Assembly (NCBI GenBank): GCA_002269645.1
Contig: NIVC01000422.1
Coordinates: 496,001 to 560,000, forward strand
Reading direction: 5' to 3'
From: Macrostomum lignano
Lineage: Eukaryota
Length of the DNA stretch: 64,000 nucleotides
Positions 50,014-62,300 of the stretch are shown here, in pieces (within the stretch, counting starts at the first letter, position 1; the number at the start of each line of letters is the position of its first letter). The notes beneath the pieces were generated by a model. It did not search any database and was not told the origin of the DNA. It saw nothing but the letters and a program-made list of their open reading frames with translations. The translations under genes were made by a program, and so were the position numbers.

Positions 50014-50327
50014 ATGTCTTTTGGGCCTGGCGCTTCTGGTGGGACGCCGCCTCGTGCGCCTCAGCTATATAATCCGACAACATTTGCCTCTGGCACTGCT
50101 CAATCAGCTAATGCCCAATCCAAAGGCTGGAATCCCTTTGCTTCGCAGCCGCAGTCATCATCAATGTACGGTACACCTGTGTTTCCTGGAAACTATGGCG
50201 GTGCAGCCGATCTAGATCCTGATAATTTTTTTTCATCTTTTGGCGTGTCTAGTCCGCCTAAGCCGAATTCCCAGCCGCCGCCGCCGCCACCACAGGCGCA
50301 GCAGTATTTTAAACCACAGAGCGCTTA
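50014..50327 (+). CDS. Sec16: Sec16 coding exon 1 (putative)
   Basis: ATG in AAAAATG; WNPF/DNFF-containing P/Q-rich N-terminus; donor TA|GTAAGT (phase 2) is compatible with acceptor 51146 (or tandem 51149). Confidence 0.62.
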
Positions 50328-53300
50328 GTAAGTTAATAATTAGTACATCTACACTACATAAAGTTTTAGTCTATCTTTTGCTCTATCTCAGGATGGGACT
50401 TCTCTATCTCAGGATGAGACTTCTCTATCTCAGGATGAGACTTCTCTATCTCAGGATGGGACTTCTCAATCTCAGGATGAGACTTCTCAGTCTCAGGATG
50501 GTACTTCATAATCTCAGTATGAGACTTCTCAATCTCAGGATGATGTTACTCAATCTTAGACTTCTCAATCTCATGATGAGACTTCTCTATCTCAGGATGA
50601 GACTTCTCAATCTCAGGATGGGACTTCTCAATCTCAGAATGAGACCTAAATCTCAGGATGGGACTTCTCAATCTCAGGATGAGACTTCTCAATCTCAGGA
50701 TGGGACTTCATAATATCAGTATGAGACTTGTCAATCTCAGGATGATGTTACTCAATCTCAGACTTCTCAATCTCAGTATGAGACTTCTCAATCTCAGGAT
50801 GATGTTACTCAATCTCAGACTTCTCAATCTCATGATGAGACTTCTCTATCTCAGGATGATACTTCTCAAACTCAGGATGAGACCTGAGACTTCTCAATCT
50901 TAGGATGAAACTTGAACTTCTCAATCTCCGGATAAGATTTTAAACTTCTCAGTATTATAATGAGAATTAGTATATAGGAAGGATGTCGGGGTAAAAGCAT
51001 ATATTCTTATTGTCAGAAACTCAAGAGTGAGATTGCAGGCTAAATTACTCAACATTCCGAAGAGTGAGGGAAATTTTAGAGCGTCAAAACATGAAAAAAT
51101 ATTGAACCAGTTAATCTCTTTAACCCGTTTTTACCCTTAATATCAGCAGCTGCGATCAGCCGGACTCAAATGCTGCTCATCAAGCGCCTGTGGCGGCACC
51201 TGCGGCTTCTACGGCGTACGCCTGGCCAACTGCCGACTATCGCGTCGATGATAACGAGGACAATGCTTCTGGCGAGGCGGGCGGCGGAGACTGGAACGAC
51301 ATCGATTTAGATGCGGAATCTCGCGGCGGAGGCGGCGGCGGTTGGGAAGACGAGATCGGCATGCTAGGCGTGGCTTCCAGCGTGGACTCTCGCAATAAGG
51401 AGTATTTTTCTTCTTCTAGCAGCGGCGGCGGCGGCAGCAGCGGCAATGGCATGGACGAAGAAGACGAAGTTGATGACGATGGAGAGGGCAGCTCCGATGG
51501 CGTCCAAAGCGACACAGATAGCCAAATTGCTGGCGGGGAGCAGCCGCCCCATCAGGTTTATCAGCCGAACGCTTCGGCTGCAGCTGTCAGTCAGGCTGAC
51601 ATGCATCAACAGTCTGTTTTAGAGTCTTTCCAGCCTGATTCATCAGCAGCTTCCGCTAGTCAGGGCTATCAGATCTATCAGCCAAATTTAACCAATCCTC
51701 CGCCAGATACTACTAATGAGGATACTACTGCTACTCATCAGCAGCAGGATTATCCTGACTCTAATTATGATCGTCTACAGAATATGGAGCAGCCTGAAGA
51801 TAATGGAGAGTCTAGAAGTACACCACCGCCAGTAATGGGCAGTCAGGAGCATTGGCAGTTTGATGAAGTCCCGTCTGATAGTCAGTCCGCTCCGCCGGAA
51901 TTGTTTGCCAACTCGGCTATTGAGCAGTCATTTCTTCCTACACCTGCCAATCAGGCTTATCAACTGCCAGCTGTGCAGTCAGCTGCTAGTGGCCATTCTT
52001 TGACTAACTCTTTGTTTCAACAGTCTGCGCCTTCGCTAGCTGGCTATTTGTTCCAACCGTCTGCGACTATTCCACCAGCTAGTCAGGCTTACCAACAATC
52101 GATGCCACCTCCAGTCAGTCAGGCTTACCAACAATCGGCGCCACCTCCAGCCAGTCAGGCTTACCAACAATCGATGCCACCTCCAGCCAGTCTGGCTTAT
52201 CAACAATCGGCGCCACCTCTAGCCAGTCAGGCTTATCAACAATCGGCGCCAACTCCACCACCAGCCAGTAAAGCTTATCAACAATCGGCGCCAACTCCAC
52301 CATCAGAAAGTCAGGCTTGTCAACAATTGGCGCCAACTCCTCCACCAGTCAGCCAGGCTTATCAACAATCGGCGCCAACTCCACCACCAGTCAGCCAGGC
52401 TTATCAACTATCGGCGCCAACTCCACCACCAGTCAGCCAGGCTTATCAACTATCGGCGCCACCTCCAGCCAGTGAGGCTTATCAACAATCGGTGCCACCT
52501 CCACCTCCAGTCAGCCAGGCTCATCAACAATCGGCACCACTTCCATCTGCTAGGCAGGCTTATCAACAATCGATGCCACCAGAAAGTCAGGCTTATCAAC
52601 AATCGGCGCCAACTTCTCCACCAGCCAGTCAGGCTTACCAACAATCGACGCCACCTCTAGCCAGTCAGGCTTATCAACAATCGATGCCACTTCCAGCTAG
52701 TCAGGCTTACCAACAAGCGACGCCACCTCCAGCCAGTCAGGCTTATCAACAATCGACGCCACCTCCAGCCAGTCAGGCTTACCAACAATCGACGCCACCT
52801 CCAGCCAGTCAGGCTTACCAACAATCGACGCCACCTCCAGCCAGTCAGGCTTACCAACAATCGATGCCACTTCCAGCTAGTCAGGCTTACCAACAATCGA
52901 CGCCACCTCCAGCCAGTCAGGCTTATCAACAATCGGCGCCACCTCCATCCAGTCAGGCTTACCAACAATCGACGCCACCTCCAGCCAGTCAGGCTTATCA
53001 ACAATCGGCGCCACCTCCATCCAGTCAGGCTTATCAACAATCGGCGCCACCACCAGCCAGTCAAGCTTATCAACAATCGATGCCACCAGAAAGTCAGGCT
53101 TATCAACAATCGGGGCCAACTTTAGCGCCCCCAGCCAGTCAGGCTTATCAATTATCGGCGCCACCTTCAGCCAGTCAGGCTTATCTACAATCGGCGCTAC
53201 CTTCAGTCAGCCATGCTCATCAACAATCGGCGCCAACTCCACCACCAGCCAGTCAAGTTTATCAACAATCGGCGCCAACTCTACCGCCTCCAGTCAGCCA

Positions 53301-56300
53301 GGCTCATCAACAATCGGCGCCAACTCCACCACCAGCCAGTCAAGTTTATCAACAATCGGCGCCAACTGTACCGCCTCCAGTCAGCCAGGCTCATCAACAA
53401 TCGGCGCCACTTCCATCTGCTAGGCAGGCTTATCAACAATCAATGCCACCAGAAAGTCAGGCTTATCAACAATCGGCGCCAACTCCTCCACCAACCAGTC
53501 AGGCTTATCAACAATCGGCGCCAACTCTAGTCAGCCAGGCTTATCAACAATCGGCGCCAACTCCAGTCAGCCAGGCTCATCAACAATCGGCGCCACCTTT
53601 TGAAGCCAGTCAGGCTTATCAACAAGCATTGCCACCACCAGCCAGTCAGGCTTATCAACAACCAGCGCCACCTTCAGTAAGCCAGGCTTATCAACAACCG
53701 GCGCCACCTCCAGACAGCGAGGCTTATCAACAACCGGCGCCACCTCCAGCCAGCCAGGCTTATCGTCTATCGGCGCCACCGCCACCTCCGGCACCCAGTC
53801 AGGCTTATCAACAATCGGCGCCACTTCCGTCTGCCAAACAGGCTTATCAACAATTGGCGCCACCTGCATCTGCCAGTCAGGCTTATCAAATATTCACACC
53901 AAGCATGGCCAGTTATTATTCTCAGTCTTCCACTGCAGTGACCACAGCTTTAACCAGCCAACCCTTGACTGCTTTGCCTAACCAGTTTGCTCCAATGGCA
54001 AAACAACAACAACAGCAGCCGCAATTCTATCAACCATATAGCGCTGCAAACGATGACGAAGGCACCGCCGCTGCATTTTTTGATCACGGCAGCGACGAAG
54101 ATGTCGATGTTAGAAAAGCTGGCGAAGTTGCTAGCGCTTCTGGTTCTGCAGCCGCCGCTAGTCCGAGAGAGGAGGCAACTACAGCTATGAGTGTAAGCAG
54201 CTTCCAGCTGCCGCCGCTGCCTCCGCCGCCTGTGCAGCAACAGCCGAAACAGCAACCTTCACATTCAACAGCGGCTGACGATTTCAATCCTCAAGGATAT
54301 CTTTACTTGCAACCAGGTCATCTGCAACAGCAGCAACAAGATAGTCAATTGGAACGAACCCTGACTCCGCCTGATAGTCGTCGGGCGATGTATCAGCCTC
54401 AGTATTCGCAGCAGCAGCAACAGCCCGTGTCTTCTAGACCACCCTCTGTGCCAGCGGCTCCGTCATCTCAGGCTCAGGCTGCCTTTCATCAATCCAGCCC
54501 ATTGATACCACAGCAGCAGCAGGCTCAGCCTCAGCCTCATCAACCAAAGGCTCAAATTCGAATGCCTGGCCTATCGGACACTGCTAGGCCTAGCAGCGAA
54601 ATTCAATCAATTATGGCCGAGTTAAAACCTAGCCGTCAGGTGCTAAGCGTGTCTCAACAGCAGCAACAGTTACAGGCGGCTCGACAGCAGCAGCAGCTAC
54701 AGCAGCAGCAGCAATTGCAACAGCAGATGCAATTGTTGCAGCAGCAACAGCAACAGCTTCAACAGCAGTTATTGCAACAGCAATACGGTCGCTCGTCTAA
54801 TAAACACTCTCGTACAACATCCAAGACGTCTAGTTTAGCTTCGAATAATTCCATAGAATTAGGCAGTTCGGCTACAGGCTTGCCAAACATGCCATCGGCT
54901 GTACAACAATCGCAACCGCAGCCGCAGTTGTACCCGAGTTCCAGTCTGTTTCCTTATCAGCAGCACCAGCAATACGGTTATTCACCGGCTGGTAGCAGGA
55001 CAGCCAGTAGGCCCACCAGCAGGCCGGCAAGTCGAGCTGGCAGTGTCGCTAGCGAGTTGGCCGCCTCAGCATCCAGCCCGGCGCTGGGCAGCCTTGCCCA
55101 ACAGTACGAGCAGTACTTTGATAATTGTATCAGACAGCAGCCGCAGAATGCCGCGTATTTTCATCAGCAGCGACAGGAGTATAGGAATTATTTTCTTAAC
55201 TACATGAACTATGTCCAACAGGCGCAGTACGATGGAGATGGCGATGGCGATTATGCTCAACCGTCTGGTCGGTGCACTCCGTTAAAGTTCAATTTGCCTC
55301 ACGCCAGACTGGGACTGGACGCTCCGGGACTTGTTGTACAGGTATATTGTCTGATCTGGATTTTTGTGGAATGGAGTTTTGTGAGAGATAATCGCTCTTA
55401 GACTAATTCTATCTGAGTGAGAATCGGCCTTTACCTACCTGAGAGAGAATCGCCCTTTACCTACCTGAGAGAGAGAATCGCCCTTTACCTACCTGAGAGA
55501 GAGAATCGCCCTTTACCTACCTGAGAGAGAGAATCGGCCTTTACCTACCTGAGAGAGAATCGCCCTTTACCTACCTGAGGGAGAGAATCGCCCTTTACCT
55601 ACCTGAGAGAGAATCGCCCTTTACCTACCTGAGAGAGAGAATCGGCCTTTACCTACCTGAGAGAGAATCGCCCTTTACCTACCTGAGAGAGAATCGCCCT
55701 TTACCTACCTGAGAGAGAGAATCGCCCTTTACCTACCTGAGAGAGAATCGCCCTTTACCTACCTGAGAGAGAGAATCGCCCTTTACCTACCTGAGGGAGA
55801 GAATCGCCCTTTACCTACCTGAGAGTGAGAGAGAATCGCCCTTTACCCACCTGAGGGAGAGAATCGCCCTTTACCTACCTGAGGGAGAGAATCGCCCTTT
55901 ACCTACCTGAGAGAGAATCGCCCTTTACCTACCTGAGAGAGAGAATCGCCCTTTACCTACCGAGAGAGAGAATCGCCCTTTACCTACCTGAGGGAGAGAA
56001 TCGCCCTTTACCTACCTGAGAGTGAGAGAGAATCGCCCTTTACCTACCTGAGGGAGAGAATCGCCCTTTACCTACCTGAGGGAGAGAATCGCCCTTTACC
56101 TACCTGAGAGTGAGAGAGAATCGCCCTTTACCTACCTGAGGGAGAGAATCGCCCTTTACCTACCTGAGAGAGAGAATCGCCCTTTACCTACCTGAGGGAG
56201 AGAATCGCCCTTTACCTACCTGAGAGTGAGAGAGAATCGCCCTTTACCTACCTGAGGGAGAGAATCGCCCTTTACCTACCTGAGAGAGAGAGAATCGCCC

Positions 56301-59300
56301 TTTACCTACCTGAGAGTGATAGAGAGGGAGAGAATCGCCCTTTACCCAAATTGCTCAGGTACCAGCAGCCAGACCAGATGAAGGCGAGCCAGCCCGCGTG
56401 CATCTACTCGAAAGCTCGTGCGTTGTTAGCGAAGCAGAAAAACTCGAATTCGTCTCCTTTCCCGGGCCGCTAGTTCGCGGTAAAACTTTAAAAAGCGAAG
56501 TTCGAGCCTATTTGAATGGCAAACTGCAACAGCTGCAAGATCGACTGGCTGGCGACTGGGATAGCGCGACTCTGCTTATTGGCTATCTTGACTTTCTCAT
56601 TCGGAATAATGGGGTGAGCTGCAGCTGCTACTGACGGGGTGTTAGATGTAATTATTAACAGACGTCATAAAGGCATATTTACACAAATTGCAGGTGTAAA
56701 AATATACACTTAATTATAGTGATATTTAGACAGAAACTTCTAGACCGCCATACAAGGGCAGGCTTATCAAGACTAACACTAACACAGACGCTCGAAGACA
56801 GGCACATTAAAACAGACACATTAAGATAGGCATACTAAGACAGACACCTTAAGACAGTCGCATTAAGACAGATACCTTAGGACAGTCGCATTAAGACAGA
56901 TACCTTAAGACAGTCGCATTGACACCGGCACATTAAGACAGACACCTTAAGACAGGCACCTTAAGACAGGTGCATTAAAACTGGCACCTTGAGACAGTCG
57001 CATTAAGACAGATACCTTAGGACAGTCGCATTGAAACCGGCACATTTAGACAGACACCTTAAGACAAGCACCTTGAGACATATTTTAAGACAGGTGCATT
57101 AAAACTGGCACCTTGAGACAGGCGCATTAAGACAGATATATACCTTAAGACAGTCGCATTAAGACAGATACCTTAGGACAGTCGCATTGAAACCGGCACA
57201 TTAAGACAGACACCTTAAGACAGTCGAATTAAGACAGATACCTTAGGACAGTCGCATTAAGACAGATACCTTAAGACAGTCGCATTAAAACCGGCACATT
57301 AAGACAGACACCTTAAGACAGGCACCTTGAGACAGGCGCATTAAGACAGATAGATACCTTAAGACAGGTGCACTAAGACAGGCACATTAAGACAGTCACC
57401 TTGAGACAGACATATTAAGACAGTCACCTTGAGACAGACATATTAAGACAGTCACCTTGAGACAGACATATTAAGACAGTCACCTTGAGACAGACATATT
57501 AAGACAGTCACCTTGAGACAGACATATTAAGACAGTCACCTTGAGACAGACATATTAAGACAGTCACATTGAGACAGACATATTAAGACAGTCACCTTGA
57601 GACAGACATATTAAGACAGTCACCTTGAGACAGACATATTAAGACAGTCACCTTGAGACAGACATATTAAGACAGTCACCTTGAGACAGACTTATTGAGA
57701 CAGTCACCTTGAGACAGACATATTAAGACAGTCACCTTGAGACAGACATATTAAGAGAGTCACCTTGAGACAGACATATTAAGACAGTCACCTTGAGACA
57801 GACATATTAAGAGAGTCACCTTGAGACAGACATATTAAGACAGTCACCTTGAGACAGACTCAGTCACCTTGAGACAGACATATTAAGACAGTCACCTTGA
57901 GACAGGTAGCACTAAGACTTTACACCCGAAGCCGCGCGCTAATACAAAAGTGCATAATCAATAAAATAAATAATTAAGCACCAGATATTAGTGCATGTGC
58001 ACTATACAAAGACTGAGTGTTAATCACCGTCTCCCATCTCTATCTCCCTCTTCCTCACCACCAGATAACAATGGGCGCAGATCTGACCGACCTACTCCTA
58101 GAAGGTCACGAGCCTCGCACCTCCGAATATCGCGATCACGGCCTCGCTATTCGGACTAATTCGTCCGATAATTTTGCTTCGTTGCCTCCAAGCGAACCGC
58201 CTAGCGGCAGGGCCAGCCCTACTGGCAGCGTGACCAGCATGCGGTCTGCCGGTCTCAGACAGCAGCAGCAGCAGCCGCCGTATTCTCTGCAGTCAAGCCA
58301 GGTGGCCCAGTTGATTGAACGACATGACGACAGGTTGATTGACAGGTTTCGCAAGTTGCTAATGTACGGACGGAAACGCGAGGCTTTGGAGTACGCTGGC
58401 AAACACGGCTTGTGGGGACAGGTGAGGTTTTTGTTTCGATTATATATTTGAAATTTATTAAAATATCTCTATCTTTATTCAGTATTTATCATTTATTAAG
58501 TGGACACTAATCGCTCCTGAACTTCAATCGGAATCGATCTTAATCCCTACTCAAAACAGCCCCTAATCCTATTTAGAATCTCTTTAATCTTACTTATGGA
58601 TTGAATCGCCCCTAATCTCTAAATAAGTCGCTCCAATACTCACTTAGAGCCGCCCCTAATCCCTACTTAGAAACTCCCTAATTCCCAATTAGAATCTCCA
58701 TAATCTCCAATTAAAATCACCCCTAATCTTTATTCAAAATCGCTCCTTAGTCCGAATTAGAATCGCCCCCAAAATTCCTACTTAGTATCGCTCCTAATTC
58801 TTTCTTAGAATCGCCTTTAATCCTTACTTAGAATTACCTGAATCCCTACTTAGAATCACACCTGATCCCTACTTGCAATCGTCCCTAATACCTACTTATA
58901 AGCGCACCTAATCCGTACTGAGAATTGCCCCTAAGCCCTACTAAAGATCGCCCTAATCCCCACTTAGAATGACACCTAAACCCTACTAAGAATCGCCCTA
59001 ATCCCCACTTAGAATGACCCCTAATCTTTACTTAAAATCTCCTTAATCCCTAATTAGAATCGCCCCTAATCCCTACTTAGAATTAACGTCATCTTTACTC
59101 AAAATCGCCCAAAATCCCCTAATTAGGAATCACCTATAATGCAGAATTAAAGAACTAATCAAGCAGTATCTCTTACTCAACCGCAACACTGACAGGCGCT
59201 GTTCCTATCCTACAACATGGACCCTGGCGTGCACGCCAAGATGCTGGTCCGCTTTGCCAATCAAGCGATGCGAATGAACGACCCGCTTCAGACGCTCTAC

Positions 59301-62300
59301 CAGTACATGCAAGGCCAAATGCCAGCCGTCACTGCCGGATTAATGGATACGACCGATTCTGCTTGGGGAGACTGGAGGCCTCATCTGGCTATGCTGCTGT
59401 CAAATCAGCCAGATAGACCCGAACTGGCTTCTCAGGCTATCGCTCAGATGGGCGACACTCTGGCCGCTAGGAGACTGCTGTACGCTTCCCAACTGTGCTA
59501 TCTTATGGCTGGCGTACCGTTCTCCCAGTTCGGCTGCGATCGACAGGTATTGTAGCTTGTTTTGCAGCTGATTTCCGGACACCAGTACGTTCACTGCACA
59601 TCTAGCTTGTTCATTAGACACCAAATCCTATTCACCGGACATATTCCTATTCACCGGACACTCATCCCTATTCACCGGACACTTATCCCTATTCACCGGA
59701 CACATCTTTATTCACCGGACACGCATCCCTATTCACCGGACACTCATTCCTATTCACCGGACACTCATCCCTATTCACCGGACACTTATCCCTATTTACC
59801 GGACGCTTATCTTTATTCACCGGACACTTATTCCTATTCACCGGACACTTATTCCTATTCACCGGACACTTATTCCTATTAACCGGACCCTCATTCCTAT
59901 TCACCGGACACTTATCCCTATTCACCGGACACTCATCCCTATTCACCGGGCACTCATCCCTATTCACCGGACACTTATCCCTATTTACCGGACGCTTATC
60001 TTTATTCACCGGACACTTATTCCTATTAACCGGACCCTCATTCCTATTCACCGGACACTTATCCCTATTCACCGGACACTCATCCCTATTCACCGGGCAC
60101 TCATTCCAATTCACCGGACACTTATCCCTATTTACCGGACGCTTATCTTTATTTACCGGACACTTATTCCTATTCACCGGACACTTATTCCTATTAACCG
60201 GACCCTCATTCCTATTCACCGGACACTTATCCCTATTCACCGGGCACTCATCCCTATTCACCGGACACTTATCCCTATTCGCCGGACACTTATCCCTATT
60301 TACCGGACGCTTATCTTTATTCACCGGACACTTATTCCTATTCACCGGACACTTATCCCTATTCACCGAACACATCTTTATTCACCGGACACTTATCCCT
60401 ATTCACCGGACACTAATCTTTATTCACCGGATACTTATTCCTATTCACCGGACACTCATCCCTATTCACCGGACACCCATCCCTATTCGCCGGACACAAC
60501 CCCATGATACAAACAAGAATCTGTATGACCACACACAAGAATCTTTATGACCAGACACAAGAATCTGTATGACCAGACACAAGAATCTTTATGAGCAGAC
60601 ACAAGAATCTGTATAACTAGACACAAGAATCTGTATGAGCAGACACAAGAATCTGTCGGAGGAGACAAAATAATCTGTATGAGCAGACACAAGAATCTGT
60701 ATGAGCAGACACAAGAATCTGTCGGAGGAGACACAAGAATTTGTATGAGCAGACACAATAATCTGTATGAGCAGACACAGGGATCTGTATGAACAGACAC
60801 AATAATCTGTATGAGCAGACACAATAATCTGTATGAGCAGACACAAGAATCTGTATGAGCAGACACAAGAATCTGTCGGAGGAGACACAAGAATGAGCAG
60901 ACACAATCTGTATGAGCAGACACAATAATCTGTATGAGCAGACACAAGAATCTGTATGAGCAGACACAAGAATCTGTATGAGCAGACACGAGAATCTTAC
61001 TGCTTCTCAAATTTTAACCTCTGTCAGGCAAAGATAGTTCTCATCGGCGCCAGACACCACGACTTCGATAGTGCCGCGGCTTCAAGAAGTTCAAACGCCA
61101 ATTTATTCGCCACCAATGAAGCTATCCAGCTCACTGAAGTATTCGAATATGCAATGAGTCTGTCCGACAAAGACTACCAATTGGGTCACTTGCTGCCGTA
61201 CAAGTTCATGTACGCTACTAGACTGTTGGATGCGGGCATGATTGAGGAGGCTTTCAGTATTGTCAGGTATTATTGATTGATTTATTGCATCTGAATTTTT
61301 TCGTCAAAAATATCCTAAATTATTAGAAAAAAATTATCCCCAAAGCTTCAATAAGTATCAGAATAGGGGAGAATCATCCCCAAAGCTTCAATAAGTATCA
61401 GAATAGGGAGAACTATCCCCAAAGCTTCAATAAGTATCAGAATAGGGAGAATTATCGCCAAAGCTTCAAAAGTATCAGAATAGGAGAATTATCCCAAAGA
61501 TTCAATAAGTATCAGAATAGGGAGAATTATCCAAAGCTTCAATAAGTATCAGAATATTATCGCTTCAATATCAGAATAGAGAATTATCCCAAAGACTACA
61601 ATAGGGTCATCTTGCTGCCGACAAGTTCATAGTACGCTACAATAGATCTGTTGCTTCATAAGTATCAGGGCATGAATTGAGAGGCTTTCCAGTATTGTCA
61701 GGTATTATTGAATTGATTATTGCATCTGAATTTCGAAAAATATCCTAAATTATAAGTATCAGAAAAAAATTATCCCCAAAGCGTCAATAAGTATCAGAAT
61801 AGGAGAGAATTATCCCCAAAGCTTCAATAAGTATCAGAATAGGGGAGAATTATCCCCAAAGCTTCAATAAGTATCATAAAAGGGGAGAATTATCCCCAAA
61901 GCGTTAATAAGTATCAGAATAGGAGAGAATTATCCCCAAAGCGTCAATAAGTATCAGAATAGGGGAGAATTATCCCCAAAGCTTCAATAAGTATCAGAAT
62001 AGGGGAGAATTATCCCTAAAGCCCCATTAATCCCCATGAATCAAAGGAAAACCCGCCACCCCAAATCCCAGGTGATCGGCAGATCGCTGCTCAACCAGCA
62101 GCAGTCTCCAGACCAGGCCGCATTCGCCACCGACACTCTGGTCCGCGAGACTCTCCGTCTATCCGAGCGGCTTCAGTGCCACCCGGCTTGCGAGATGTCC
62201 CTCGACCAGCCTGATTGGCTGAGCCAGCTCAGGCAGTACTACACAGCTGGCCAGTTGCCATGCCAACTGTCGCAGGACCAGCAGGTGTACCAGTCTCAGT

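Noticed and set aside
50240-50903. LLNLRMRLL and SQSQDET ORFs
   Set aside because: Translations of the 21-bp intronic minisatellite lying between phase-compatible splice sites.
59562-60969. CPVNRD and SAHTDSC Cys-rich ORFs (metallothionein-like appearance)
   Set aside because: Antisense readings of intronic minisatellites.
61028-61266. Sec16 as a frameshifted pseudogene
   Set aside because: All other exons are intact, and the neighbouring duplicate retains the missing C; an assembly error is more likely.
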